Source: Callorhinchus milii
Taxonomy: Eukaryota
DNA length: 64,000 bases
Assembly (NCBI RefSeq): GCF_018977255.1
Contig: NW_024704746.1
Location: 46,128,001-46,192,000 of the forward strand
Direction: 5' to 3'
The position numbers and the translations under genes are program-made. This document shows positions 37,629 to 49,344 of this stretch, one piece after another. Numbering within the stretch: position 1 is the stretch's first letter; each line of letters starts with the position of its first letter. Below the pieces are notes generated by a model that worked only from the letters and a program-made list of their open reading frames with translations, had not been told where the DNA came from and ran no database searches.

Positions 37629-39999
37629 TTAGTGCTCGTTAATTTTTAACATGAGAAGAATCTTTACACTGTCTTGTGTTAGGTTTTGTCTATTGTCTTT
37701 CAACACGTCTGCACAAACAGAAAATGAGCTTTCCATGTCAGCAGTGCTCGCTGGTAGCCAAATGTACCTTTTTGCAATTTTAGCAGGTTTCACAAGTGGC
37801 TCAGGTTGAGCTTTCCACCAGACTGCTATTATCTTTTCAGCTGGGATAATTTCTGCAGCTGCTTTGTAGGCATGCCATTCAAAGTTTGATACAGCGGAAG
37901 GGGCAAGAATCACAAGTCTTGTTTTGCATCCAGTGTTACTAGCTGGTGAGGATCAAAAACACGAGCTGTTTTGCAGTTAGCAATTGATGGGTGCTTTTTC
38001 AAAATCAGTCCTAACCTTTCACTTCTGTCTTGCATGATTCTCTGGAAAAGGTTGACACAAGCCTCTCCCTCACTCTCAGAATAGGCTGCCAATGTTTGCA
38101 CTGTCTTTGGTCTGTACTCCTACACTCCAGCAGTGGCACAGAAATCAATAAACGAATGTAAGTACAGATTGTGCCCTGAGGCACAGCTGTTACCTGACAT
38201 TCTTCAGTAAGTTTTGTGAGTTCAAATGAGTGCTCTGTCACAAAAGTTGTTTGGGCTTGCATCTCTGCAGCGTTATTGTTCAAGAGCTTTTTCATTTTTG
38301 TTTCACTGCTAAGGCCTCTGATGCAGTTCATTGAAGAAATTCTGCTAAGACAGACAAGTACTCATCCAAATATTCAACAGCCTTCACCCAGGAGCACCAA
38401 CACATCTGAACAACAAAGACTGGCATCTATGGTTCAATTCCATCCTTCGCCTCCATAAGTTCCAAGTATTGATTGCCAGCACATTGGACTTTGGCAGAAT
38501 ACTTTCTTGACCATAGCAACCACTGTGTTTAAGTCCTCCAGTATAACAGGATAAATTTCCAAAATCAAGTTCAGAAGATGTGCAATAATAATAATCCTTG
38601 CATTTGATCAAGTCTTTGTGACATCTCAAAGTGCATCACAGAATATTCTGTAAAGTGAATTGACTGTATATTTTGGGGGTGAAACGTGGCAGCCAACTGT
38701 GGGACTGCAGTGTCCCACAAACAATCGTGGATTGAGTGACCAATTTATTTTTGAAGGATTATTATCCCCGGAAAAGCGATCCACCAGTCGATTTACAATC
38801 GGATTCCTACTTACTGCTAGGAGAACAGAGGTATGTGGAGTAAGTAAACTTGCCCAACATTTTGCCCTGCCGGGAAACAAACCCTGGACTCTGGCTTGCG
38901 AGGCGAGTGCTCTAACCACTAAGCTTTAGGACTCCACTATGCATGTAATATGGATTGCATTTGGAAACAATTCCGATGGAATGGTGTTAAATGCTTTGAT
39001 CATGTAGCTTGCACTGTCTGTGGCAACTGCAAGCAGTCAAATTTAACCTGTTTTACATTTAAGATTCGTAGAAGAGCTTGTGACAGTGGCGTTGTTCTCT
39101 CGTTGCAAGAATTTTACTCCAATAAGAAAAGGATTCTCCTCAACGTTCTGCAGTGGCTGTGCCAGCACTGACAGAACACTGCACCCGCTGGAATCAGTGG
39201 TCTCATCCAGGAACAAGTACACATCTGTGTCGTCAACATGTCTTTTCAACAATGCTTCATGCTCAGGAATAAACTCTTTCCAAGTATGTATTACAAAGCT
39301 TTGATGGTGTTGGAATAATCCCTCCCTGTTTTGTGTGCTTGCATAGAAACTCTTGGAAGGCAGGAGCTTTTTCAAGTGGTATGTCTGCTCTAGTCAAACA
39401 CCTCACAAAGTCCAATATGAATTCTTTCCACTCCGTAGATGATGCAATGATTCTAGAGATGCAGGTTGTCAAAACAAGGTGGCTTTAAGGTCCAGTTCCA
39501 TCTAGAAAGGAAAAAATAAAAATTGATCTTCATGATGCATTTGTAGTTATGTCTATTTGTTTGTGTTTGCTGTGGTTGCTTTGTGCGCTTTTAAAATAAT
39601 AATCCTTACATTTGATATAGCACCTTATCACATCTTCGAGACATCTCAAAGCATTTCAGAATATACTGTAAAGACTACGTTGTGGGCAAAAAATGTCAAA
39701 AAAATTCAATCCAAAAGGAGGGAGATTAACTTTTGTAATTATAAGAATTAAGATTTTCTTTCAATAGTAAAATGAAAGCAAATAATGATGCATTTTCATT
39801 TAATATTATATCAAATGTATTTTGCTTTATTTTCTTTACTGCCACTGCCTTGTGTTCACAAAGTTTCCGAGATTGCATGTGCTCATCAATGGTTACTTGC
39901 GAACATGATCAATTGTGTGTTAGCAAATGCGACAAAACCAGTGCCCACCGTCTTCATAATGGTCATCTGGATAGAGTATAATTCTATCTGAGGGACAGC
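37629..39999 (-). pseudogene. hAT transposase pseudogene: BED-type zinc finger, CGGBP1-like helical domain, DDE core and hATC dimerization domain
   Basis: Fragments in order: DRIILYPDDHYEDGGHWFCRIC*HTIDHVRK/TIDEHMQS; DFVRCLTRADIPLEKAPAFQEFLCKHTKQGGIIP; LFLDETTD; ATDSASYMIKA; HITCI/AHLLNL; WWK...IWLPASTADMESSFS...DNRQNL. Contains stops, frameshifts and SINE insertions. Confidence 0.88.
38585..38937 (-). mobile_element. SINE family A, nested in the hAT transposase
   Basis: Full reverse-complement copy that splits the HITCI/AH motif. Confidence 0.88.
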
Positions 40000-40933
40000 C
40001 TGAAAATGAGACGTGTTGCCCCTTGGCTTCCTCACGGGAGTTACAAAAACGTTTGGACATATTTGTATTGTACACCCCTGACTACAAACTATAGGTGTAT
40101 ATTTCCTGAAAATGTAGTCATGTTTAAAATACTAAAAATTTTAATTTTGAATAGTACAGCACTTACCAAGAATTCATCTCGGGAGTTCAGTTTAGGCCGG
40201 GCAAATAAGATGGCAGTAGTGTCACACAGCTGGTATTTCTATCATGGTTCATCCACTAGCGGGCGAAGCTGATTTCCCACTCACGCCCCTTCCGTGATCC
40301 CAACTCTCCCTGCACCGGACACGTGCGACAGGAGCCGCTCCGCCCACAGTAGCAGCATTGAGCAAACAACGCGCAGAGGCCTGGGGCACTGTGTTTTTAC
40401 AGGTGTGTAGCGAGGAGGGAATTTGTAGCGAATTCCGCGGAAAAAGTGTGGCTGCACTTTTCAGTTGGCCCAGGGTATAAGTATATGCAACAAGCAGTTA
40501 AGCTGTACAGGCCCTAGGTTTTGATCAACCATTTGTGCTTAGATACCCTATCTCAGTCATGCAAGGGAAAGGGTACTTTAATGGTTATCAGTCACAATAG
40601 ACTGGGGAGAGGCCAAAAAAAAGACAGCATTTTTGATTCACTTTCCTGTCCAATGACTCCTGATGGGACATGAGCTGTTTGGAGGTTAACTGAAAACAGG
40701 ACCAACACTACTCACTGTCTTGTCATGTGAACATCTGGAAACAGCAAGAGAAGGAGGCCATTTCAACACATTTCCGTCGATTGCACCAGTTTATTAACCA
40801 TCCTCAGGTGATTGCACTCTTGTCTCTGAGTCAAAGGGTTGGGGGTTCAAATCCCACCTCAGGACTTTGCACTCGTGTGGCCGAGACTGACACTCAATAC
40901 TACATTGTAGTATTGGGGAGTGTGGATGTTGTA

Positions 40934-41232
40934 GACACATGAGCCCGTCCTGAGGCTGCCCGGGGGTGGGGGGGATCAGACATCTGAGCCTGTGTCTGGG
41001 GGGGACGGACACCTAAGCCCTGTCCCGTAGGGGGGAAATCAGACGTCTGAGCCTCGGGGGCGGAGCAAGACACCTGAGCCCTGTCCCGTGGGGCGGGGGA
41101 GACATTTGAGCCTGTGGGGGGGGGGAGAGAAGACACCTGAGCCCTGTCCCGTGGGGCGGGGGAGACATTTGAGCCTGTGGTGGGGGGGGGGGGAGAAGAC
41201 ACCTGAGCCCTGTCCCGTGGCGGGTGGGGGAG
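40934..41232. repeat. G-rich minisatellite, about 62-66 bp unit built from two ~31-bp subunits
   Basis: gacacctgagccctgtcccgt recurs near 41007, 41069, 41132 and 41198, alternating with gacatttgagcctgtgg(G)n. Confidence 0.9.
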
Positions 41233-41284
41233 AGGGAGTATGGAGTCTCTCGTGTTTCCTGCGCTCCCCGTTGGCCTCTCTCAC

Positions 41285-41427
41285 CTGCCGCGCCGCTCCC
41301 TGAAGGCACCGGTTAAGCTCTGGATGGGTGTCAGGGTGTCCGGTGCCGGGTCTCCTCCCCGGCTGTCCGGGCCCAGCGCGAGTAACCGCGCTCCCAGCGC
41401 ACACACCGCCTCCCTGGGCGCCGCCAT
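41285..41427 (-). CDS. ATXN10: ATXN10 exon 1 coding part (MAAPREAVCALGARLL...LTGAFRERRGR)
   Basis: AAGATGGCGGC start context in a CpG-rich region; ends AG|gtgaga, phase 2; MAAPR start and LTGAFRE resemble the vertebrate ATXN10 N-terminus. Confidence 0.9.
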
Positions 41428-41580
41428 CTTCCTGCCCGCCGACAGTGACGTGAGGACCTGACGTGATGACGTACTGACGTGCGCTCCGCGGAGCCCCCCC
41501 CCCCGGGGGCGCCAAATTTGAATTCTCCGCCGGAGCGAATTTGTAAACGAAGCGCAAAGACCGCGATCAGAGAGTGGGCG
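41420..41580 (-). promoter_or_regulatory. ATXN10 CpG-island promoter / 5'UTR with four TGACGT motifs, an E2F-like site, a CHR-like site and a YY1 motif over the ATG
   Basis: CpG-dense region in an AT-rich window; TGACGT at 41446, 41459, 41467, 41475; GCGCCAAA 41509-41516; TTTGAA 41517-41522; GCCGCCATCTT 41420-41430. Confidence 0.75.
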
Positions 41581-41585
41581 CACAC

Positions 41586-41825
41586 TCCCCCCCCCATCTC
41601 CCTCTGCTCCCCCCCCCATCTCCCTCTGCTCCCCCCCACCATCTCCCTCTGCTCCCCCCCCCCATCTCCCTCTGCTCCCCCCCCCATCTCCCTCTGCTCC
41701 CCCCCCCATCTCCCTCTGCTCCCCCCCCCATCTCCCTCTGCTCCCCCCCCCCATCTCCCTCTGCTCCCCCCCCCCCCCCCCCCCCCCATCTCCCTCTGCT
41801 CCCCCCCCCCCCATCTCCCTCTGCT
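41586..41825. repeat. Minisatellite, 10 copies of (C)n-ATCTCCCTCTGCT (about 22-23 bp unit)
   Basis: Directly visible perfect core with variable C-run length, including one run of about 22 C. Confidence 0.97.
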
Positions 41826-42064
41826 TCACAAGGCCAGCATTGCTGATACAAATTGGAGACTGCTGATTTTTCGAGGCTCTCCGTTGAAGCCGGAGAGGCG
41901 TTATAATAATAATAATAATAATAATAATCCTTGCACTTGATACAGCACCTTATCACATGGTCGAGACGTCTCAAAGCGATTCACAGAATGCATTATAAAG
42001 TGGATTGACTGTGTATTGTGTGGGCAAAACGCGGCAGTCAACTGCACGCAATTAGCATTTCTCA

Positions 42065-42606
42065 GGCGACCTCAACAAGGACGATTCCCAGCCCCCGAAG
42101 AGTGAGGATTTAATTTCCTTGCATTTGTTACACCCCCCCCCTCCTGAAAAAACCCTCCCTAGATCCCTCAACCCCCAGCTACTACCACCCTATTTCTAAC
42201 TTGCCCTTCCTCTCAAAAGTTCTAGAACGCGTTGTTGCCAACCAACTCCTCGCACACCTCTCCTCCCACTCCCTCTTCGAACCCCTCCAGTCCGGTTTCC
42301 GCCCACAGTACAGAGACTGCGCTTGTGAAAGTCACACGCGACATCCTCTCTATCTGTGACCAGGGCTCCCTCCGCCTCGTCTTCCTGGACCTCTCTGCCA
42401 CGTTCGACACAGTCGATCACGCCATCCTCCTCCACCGCTTTTCCTCCGTCATCCACCTCAGTGGGACCGCACTCACCTGGTTCGAGTCCTACCTCACGAA
42501 GTACCAGCAGTACATCTGCACAAATGGCTTCTCCCACTCTCACCCGGTCACCTGCGGAGTACCCCAAGGATTCATCCTTGGCTCCCTCCTCTTTCTGATG
42601 TACATC
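42065..42606 (+). mobile_element. L2 LINE RT fragment
   Basis: HSTETALVKVT.DI, LDLSATFDTVDHAILL, WFESYL, CGVPQGFILGSLLF (ORF 42232-42714). Confidence 0.9.
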
Positions 42607-44749
42607 TTAGATAGATGGGTAGATTGGACCCATTTAAGATCTCATCAAAAGGACTGCACCACCACCAATACAGTACTCACCACACTATACTGGAGTATCA
42701 TTCAAGACAGGTGAGTCTCCATGTGAAGTTTCAGACCACAGATTCAAGAATGATAACACTTGTGATATTCATGACCTGCACCTTAAGCAAAATAAGTGTC
42801 ATCTTTACTGACAAACATGTGGGTGAAGCTGGTTAAACTCCAGTACTATTCCACCACACACTGGGGTCCACAGTGAACTCTTGCCAACCCACATTTAATT
42901 CTTGCCTGCCACAGACCAGGCTCCTTGCTTCAAATTGAACTGTAGAAAGGGCAGAGAGAAGTGGCATCTCCAGACCAGGTGATTTCACTGATACATATCT
43001 ACTTGTTGAGGGATAAATGACAAGAGACACCAAGCCAAGAGAATAAACTTGTAGCATTTGAGGGAAAAAATGTGGGTGGAAGAAAAACGTTTTTTTGGGG
43101 GAAGCAAGATTATAGCCTGACAGGATAAAATAGTGGCTTCATCTTCAAAACCATGATTTAGACTTTTAAAGCATTCTTTGATTTAATATAGAGGACATGT
43201 TGCAGAATTATTCTTTAGCCCGCTGGTACCATGTTGGTCTAAAAATGCTACAATGACAAAGTCTTTCGTGTAACTTTACACCTCATTAATTTTCATGACG
43301 TCTGTGTGTTCAACAGATTAAGTTACATTTTCCTCTTGTTGCATGTTTAATAAACTTGAGGTAAGATTGTAGAAGTACATCAAAAAGGATCAAAAGTGAC
43401 CACTAGAAAACTAGAGGATAAAAATTGGTGTGAAAAAAAGTACACTGGTGTTCAGATTCTTCTCTCCCAGTATTGTACAAGTCAAAATACAGGTTATTTT
43501 GATGATACAATTAAGTGCTAGCATTCAATTCAGTGGCATTTTGATTTGACTTCAGTAGGACATTTACTTACATTGTACAGCTCTGCAGAGATCAGCAATT
43601 GGCTGCCACGCACATTTTCTACAAAGGAAGAAACCATAGCAAGTCATCTGTAACAAGCACTTGTTTCAATCCAATTAATTATCTGGTTCAAATGGATAAC
43701 AGAATCAGGAGCCACACCAATAGCTCCTTGGTGCAATTTGTATTTATTTTATTGATTTCATTCTGTCAATTTCTCTTTCCTTCTAACAAGCATTTATAAA
43801 GCACCTTCGCTCTGAGTAGGGCCAGAGAGCTTAAAATAAAAGACCTGCAATTTGCTCTGCTGCAGAGATATGTAGTCAACATGATGAGTTAACCACCTGC
43901 ATTTAAGCCTCTGTCATCAGTGCCCATTTCCATTTCTTCACCGAGCAACATCTACAAGCCAAGAATACAATTGTGAAAAGCTGCAAGTTTGAACACATGG
44001 CTTCATAGCTCAAAACGTGATTTCAAAACTGTGCACAACTTATGCAGTTGTCATTTAGTGGTGACTTTCCAAACACTGAAAATTCAGTGGGGAACAGACC
44101 ACTTACCTCATTTAATTAAATATAGTTTCTCATTTTCTTCAGTTATCCTGTGCAAACAGCTTAAGTGCTCTGTCACAGTAAATCCATGCAATTGTAGTGA
44201 GTTAATGGAGTATGATGGTCAACAGGAGAACTGTCAGAAAATAACAATTTCCTCAGTGGCTTGGAAGAAGTAACCATTGAGAAACCAGAAACAAACCATT
44301 TGGATAATGAGCCTTCTCAGCCACTGCATTTAAAAGGCTGCTCTGCCAAATTTTACGATGATTTCAGGTCACTGCCCTTCCTTACAGCAATTCCTCTGAT
44401 AGTGACCTGTGGAAGACCAAATTCAATGACTTGTCTGCACCATTTTTCTCCCAAAATCACTAGTTAGCCAAACTTTAAGGCAGGTGGTTGGCTTAAGGAT
44501 TGCTTCACTTCCTCCAGCTTTGTCTACTTTTGTGCTGCAGGAAATCCGGGAACAGCTATGAGCTACTCAAGATTGAATTCAAGCAGAAACCCTCTTTTTC
44601 CACAATTCTTAGCCTGTTTCAGCAAAATTCCTTGAATTTGATGGTAACTTGTACATGGCTGAGAATATTCTGTGTTAGAAGCTCTGTAGGGTACACACTT
44701 GAGATTAGTCAAATACATCTGTGGGAAGTGGAGGAAAGCAAATCAGAAA

Positions 44750-45065
44750 TAATAAATAATCCTAATAATCCTTGCATATGATATAACGCTTTTCATGTCA
44801 GGAGGACACCCAAAGCGCTTCACAGAACACACTGTAAAGTGAATTGACTGTATATTTGTGGGCGAACGCGGCAGCCAATTGCGCACAGCAATGTCCCACA
44901 AACAGTTGTAGATTGAAAATGACCAATTTATTATTGTTTTTGGTTTTGGAGGGATTATTATTAGGCGTGTGGAGTAAGGAAACTTGCCCAAGGTTTTGCC
45001 CTGCCTGGAATTGAACTCAGGTCTCTCACTTGCAAAGCGAGTGCTCTAACCACTGAGCTACAGGA
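44750..45065 (-). mobile_element. SINE family A
   Basis: Reverse-complement copy with a small internal deletion. Confidence 0.85.
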
Positions 45066-47614
45066 AACCTGCCCTGCATTGATCACCTATAATAGTCCTC
45101 ATCTTTCATCTCTGACTGGAGTGCCGCCCGAGGTCAGTTTTTTTAATGTCTTTCTTGTTATGTTCAGTTATACACCACACAACTTACTACCCAACTTAAC
45201 TTTTCCCTATTCCCCTCATCCCTCATACCATTGCAGGCTTGCCAGAGGTCAATTTCCTTAAATGGCAAGAAATATAAATATTTGGATTTAATTTTCTATA
45301 AAAGCAGAGAAGTGGTTTCAGGCACAAGAGCTGCACACCTTTAAAATATGAAAGACCAAGATTTCCCATGAGAAGATGCAACCATTCTGAAAGTGTGAAA
45401 AGCACTTAATACAGCAAGAGTAATGCAGTGAAGACAGTGATATGCCGATTACCCACTCACCTCATCTACTCAAGACTTGGGAGTTATATAAGATGCTGAA
45501 ACCAGCAAATGCCAATAAATTGGAGACAGTGTACACTTCTGGCTTGTGTTCGTCCTTATGTCATCACAAAGCAGTGGGTCATTTTTCATGACCCACCAGA
45601 AGCTAAACTCCTTGCTGGGATAATGAATAAGTACCTAATGGGAACAATATTGCACGCAATGAGGATAGGACAGTGGTTTCTGTGCAGCTGGGGATGGGGA
45701 AGGGCAGTGTGCAAAGCATTGTGATGCCAGAAATCAAGTGGCCATGTGAGCTGGTTGACTACTACTCTGGAGTTAAATTTAATCACTTTGGATTGAAGGC
45801 GTGTCCACATAGAACTTCCTCCAGTACATCAGCGATTGGATAGGGAAGTGTGGTCTGTGGATCGAGTAGGCTCCAATTGTTCCAGGTTTTAGATTGTAGA
45901 AACCACTGAAACAGTACATGCTTGTCCCTCATTTTCTCCCATTACTTTAGACTGGAGCGTACTCAGGAATGTCCCAAATGCCTATACAGTCCAAAGATTT
46001 AATGACTGGTGGTTAGAGAAACTTTGGCAGCAAACTCCCCAGCATTAGACTTCAATTTAACTTATTTTAGTGAGCAGATTGCAGTTGGTAGCAGAGAAGA
46101 CAGAAGACAGGATGGGGAGGGGAACTTTGGTCAACCAGTCCACGTTTCTCCTCTGAGGTTTGGATGCCTGCATTCTTATTGAAATAGCAGCAACTGAGCA
46201 CAAAATAAGAGCAGATAATGTAAGTGGAAATGTGGTTTGAGGGCCACAATAGCAGTTTAAGATGATGATCGAACTTTGGACGAAATACAAGACCAAAACT
46301 AGTTCAAACAGAATCCAATGTGAAAAAAACTTCAACCTCTTGGATGAATCATGAAGCTTTCATTCAAGCTTCTTTATTACAACAGTAATCCAAAATATTG
46401 TAGATTCTACAAGGGTAAATCAATTGAAGCTGAGATTTGTAGTTTGTGGTAAAATGCTTTTGTCAGAGTTTGTAGGTGGCTTTTTTTGAAAAAGAAGACT
46501 CCTCAGGTAGCAATTGTCCCGAAACTCTGGAACACCCATTCTCTATTCCCTCCACATCTCTTCCTTCCTCGTTTTCAGGTCATGCCTGACCTTTTCTTCG
46601 ACTGTGCCTATGGCCACCTCCCCCCAGCTCAGCGACATGCTCCACCGCTATCAAGCACTCTGGCACATTCCCGTGTGTTTGGAGCACTATATAAATGCAA
46701 GCTGTTGTTGGTTGTTCTGACGGCATAACAAGACACAGAGATGCAAATGTTGGTTCACAGCATAAGAACCGTGGCAAATAGGAGTTCTCATTAGTTCACA
46801 CTGCTTTATAATAATAATCCTTACATTTGATATAGAGCCTCATCACAACTTCGAGATGTCTCAAAGCACTTCATAGAATCTGTAAAGTGTGGAACTTCTC
46901 ATGTTCTTTAGACAAGTATGTGATCTTCAAGATTTCAGTCACAATAACTTAAGACATTGAAACAGGTCCCATTGCCTCCTTTCAGCCCTCAAAATGATTT
47001 TCATACGAAACACATAAGATCTTCATAATCAGTGTTTTCCAAAATTAGTTTGACAAAGTTTATAAAATTCATGGCACAAAGGCTAGTTTAAGTGGACAAA
47101 TATGTTGAATATTCTAACTTTTAGTTTTTCCCCCAAAATATACACAGTCAATCTACTTTACAATATATTCTGTGAAGCACTATATCAAATGCAAGGATTA
47201 TTATAGTTATTATACATTTATAGATCTTAAACCAAACCCATAACATACTTAATGACAAGTAAGCAATTGTTCTGCTTCTTCCAGCATCACCTTCAGAAGC
47301 ACAGAAGACACTTACCTCTATTGGTCTCCACTGAGCCAGTTAACGCATAGGCTCTAAAGCCACAATTAAACTCCAAACTAAATCTCCAGACAAAAAATCA
47401 AGCGTCTGACTATTTGGAAAAATTGGAGAGAATTACAGGTTGCACATGTGATAAGTTAAAGGCAATGAGGATTTCAGAATAGGAAACATGGTTAGGATCA
47501 GGATTGATGATAAGCACAAAGCTTCAATGGGATCTTGAAACCCTCCAACAGAAGAAAATGCTACCAATTGATCCAAGTTAACACCAAATATATAATGCTG
47601 GATAAAGGTAACAA

Positions 47615-47870
47615 TGCTTGTTCCGTGTGCCGACCGTTCCACCATTGGAGGTCGTGCTTTCAGCCACTACTCCCTGAAACACTGGAACACTCTCCCTCAA
47701 TCCCTCAGCCTTGCCCCCTTTCTCCCCCTTTTCAAGTCCCGCCTGAAAATCTTTCTTTTTGAACAAACTTACAGTCGCCCCCCAGCTCGGAGTCAAGCTC
47801 CTCTACTGTTAAGCGCTCTGAGACACTACCCTGTATGGAGGGCGCTATATAAGTGTAAGTTGTTGTTGTT
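47615..47870 (+). mobile_element. L2 3' tail fragment
   Basis: STIGGRAFSHYSLKHWNTLPQSL..FKSRLKIFLF followed by a (TTG)n tail. Confidence 0.8.
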
Positions 47871-49344
47871 TATACAGGCACCAGCCCTGCCGCTTGATGC
47901 TGCAGCATCTTCCAATAACAGGAGAATGATTTGCACAGCCAGCACCCTCATATCCTGCCGCTTGTACCAATTGTGACCTGGCTTTTAGCCACCAAACCAG
48001 GCAAGCTAAATGACATGTCCAGTGACCTTCAACCTCAAGAGAAATTACACAGAAAAAGTTGCTTCAAAGCTACATGATTTTGTGGAGGTGACATTGTCTT
48101 TTTTTCCAAATTGAAGATTCATGACTGATTGACCACATATCAATTGTAAACCAAAAAAAATTGAATTGGAGGCTATTAAACAAACCAGGAGAAACACCCA
48201 GACTGGATTATAACTGAAGACCATTTGTGACATTCACATCTGTTTGAAATAACAGTAACCCTTGCATTTGATACAGCAACTGATCTTGTCATCAAAATAT
48301 CTCAAAGCGCTTCACACAAAGTTTGCTGTGAAGTGTAGTGACTGTTGATGATTAAATCTTCAACGTTTAAGCTTTCAAATTGAAATGAAACTTGGCTATG
48401 AGTACTGTATGCTTTAAAACTTGAAACCTCAAAAAAAATCAATACATCATTGGCGCCTGGTACAAGCTGTAATTGATCAAGAATGCAGTTTTCGTTTACT
48501 TACAAATATAATAATAATCAGCAGTTTCTCGATAATTGAGTCAGATTGTTCATCAACTTTAAATAAAAAGAAAGAGATCTGAGTTTTAAGATTGGACTGG
48601 TCTCTGTTGGGCATTTAGGCGAGTTTGTAGACGAATCCTAGAGAGACAGATTTTACCACAAATGTGACAGTTGGTGGTGTGGTTGCAGCAGACTGACTCT
48701 CCTTCCTCTTTCTACGTTACTTACAAATACTAAAATACTAAAAGTACCAAATACTAAAAGTAGCACATTTGTGGCTTTCTAGAATAAATCTGCAAGACAA
48801 GGTTCCCTTTCTTTGAAAACCTTCATCAAGTCTTCAGCAATCCGGGCTAATATTGTACAACTATTAGCACAGTGGGACTAGCACGGTAATGTACTTTCTT
48901 TATGTTTGAGGCGTTACTGTGGGCAAATTACCAGCCACATATACCTACAAAATACACAATCACTGCACTTTACAGTAAAATTCTGTGAAGCACTTTGAGA
49001 CTACCTCACAACGTGAAAGATGCAACATCAAATGCAAGGACAATTACAAAATTTGTGATTGTTCAGCTTCGCATACCTGCTACTTTATAGTTTAAAGAAA
49101 CAGCACTACTATAAATAAAATGTGCAAGTAAAGAGACAAGAATTCATAAGTGGTACAAAGCAACAAATGGATTATCTTTTTGAACAATGAATCTGTCTGA
49201 ATTGGCAGTTGATCCAAGATCTAACCTCTCTCAAGCATACTCTGCAATCATTTGCTGGATGGGCACTCAAGCTGGAAGTGGGAGCTGAAAGAGGTGGGGG
49301 GAACAAAGTTTAACCCAAAACGGGTTCAAAGCGGTACATTTTGA

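Larger units (their letters stand above)
36917..40473 (-). mobile_element. Full-length decayed hAT-superfamily DNA transposon (CGGBP1-like transposase) in ATXN10 intron 1
   Basis: Identical 8-bp TSD GGTATAAG at 36909-36916 and 40474-40481. TIRs CAGGGCCAATAGAAAATTGCAG (36917-36938) and the reverse complement of 40452-40473 (CTGGGCCAACTGAAAAGTGCAG) match 18/22. Transposase remnants lie inside. Confidence 0.92.
3707..41427 (-). other. ATXN10: Ataxin-10 gene span (coding exons 1-9; exons 10-12 not found in window)
   Basis: Nine exons with splice sites and compatible phases (143, 198, 86, 97, 168, 81, 175, 109, 170 nt) translate to a continuous protein with ataxin-10 hallmark segments ECFRCLRNAC, FRCGLQFLGN and GFKAHLIRLIGNLCY. 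Confidence 0.97.

Noticed and set aside
39501-41427. In-frame ATXN10 exon 1-transposase fusion protein
   Set aside because: Both candidate acceptors give an early stop in the exon-1 frame, and the transposase has multiple stops and frameshifts.
40934-41825. CRISPR-like array or other prokaryotic system
   Set aside because: The repeats have no unique spacers and the context is a spliced vertebrate locus.
41013-41974. Long Gly/Pro-rich ORFs around the promoter (up to 182 aa)
   Set aside because: They are translations of the two minisatellites; only MAAPRE...RGR (41285-41427) is ATXN10 coding.
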